DNA from: Lama guanicoe
Taxonomy: Eukaryota
DNA length: 64,000 bases
Assembly: GCA_013239625.1 (NCBI GenBank)
Contig: MU056050.1
Location: forward strand, 792,084 to 856,083
Direction of reading: 5' to 3'
Below the pieces are notes generated by a model. That model was given only the letters and a program-made list of their open reading frames with translations. It made no database searches and had not been told where the DNA came from. Below, one piece after another: positions 63,423-64,000 of the stretch; positions within the stretch are counted from its first letter, which is position 1; each line of letters starts with the position of its first letter. The position numbers were made by a program, and so were the translations under genes.

Positions 63423-64000
63423 CCTTTGTTGTGCTTAGAATTAAAGCATTTGCTGCAGGTGTGTAAACACGTTAACAGGTAGCAATGGTCGTTGCTGGGC
63501 TAGTTGATGATATCTTGCCTTTAAAATTAATTTCATTTGTCATTGTTGCTCCCCCAGCCCCCTCCCAAATACATGTAGCAGACAAGAATCTTTCTCTGAG
63601 TCTGCGTTTGTCTTCCCAAGAATCTTGGGCTTCTTCTGTTGGGTGTGATCTCTATAATGATAGTTTTTTTGGAAAAAAATTCCAATTTCCATCTCTAGCT
63701 ACACTGTATGATACACACTATGTTTGATAAATATGTATTGAATGTACAACTGTGTGCTCCACATGGCGGAAAGCAGTCTGTTTCACCGTAACAAGGGAAC
63801 CCAACTCAATTGTCTATGATTTGAAAGTAGCTATGACATGAAAGAAAGAGAGAGATTGGTAGGTAAATGGGAAGTCTTCAAAAGATGAGTGCATTTTATT
63901 TCCTATCTTGTCATCCTATTCTCCTCTCTGGAGAGATTCATGCTTCGTGGGTGTCCTGGAAAGTGAGATAGGAAAAAGAAGACAATAAGAATAGATTGTA

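Noticed and set aside
1..64000. CRISPR arrays, operons or prokaryotic defence systems
   Set aside because: The sequence is eutherian genomic DNA with no regularly spaced repeats or gene-dense coding regions

Overview
Mammalian (eutherian) non-coding DNA, most likely from a camelid. The evidence is a tRNA-Ala-derived Vic-1-type SINE, artiodactyl-type Tigger derivatives and a cetartiodactyl-style L1 5' UTR; I saw no Alu, B1, Bov-A/Bov-tA, PRE-1 or Can-SINE. I could not recognise any host protein-coding exon. The ORF track is chance ORFs plus decayed L1/HAL1 coding remnants. The window is dominated by interspersed repeats: a young CpG-rich L1 5' end at the left edge, a 7-kb multiply nested L1 block, HAL1, L2, L3/CR1, many MIRs, MaLR/ERVL solo LTRs with intact TSDs, and hAT and Tigger DNA-transposon relics. 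Most L1s and LTRs lie on the minus strand, which suggests an intron of a large plus-strand gene. Items worth follow-up are a few frame-preserving candidate exons, several clustered TF-motif enhancer candidates, and TE nesting or duplication events. I found no convincing novel biological system. Repeat family names come from recalled consensus sequences, not from a search, and boundaries are approximate unless a TSD or TIR is quoted.
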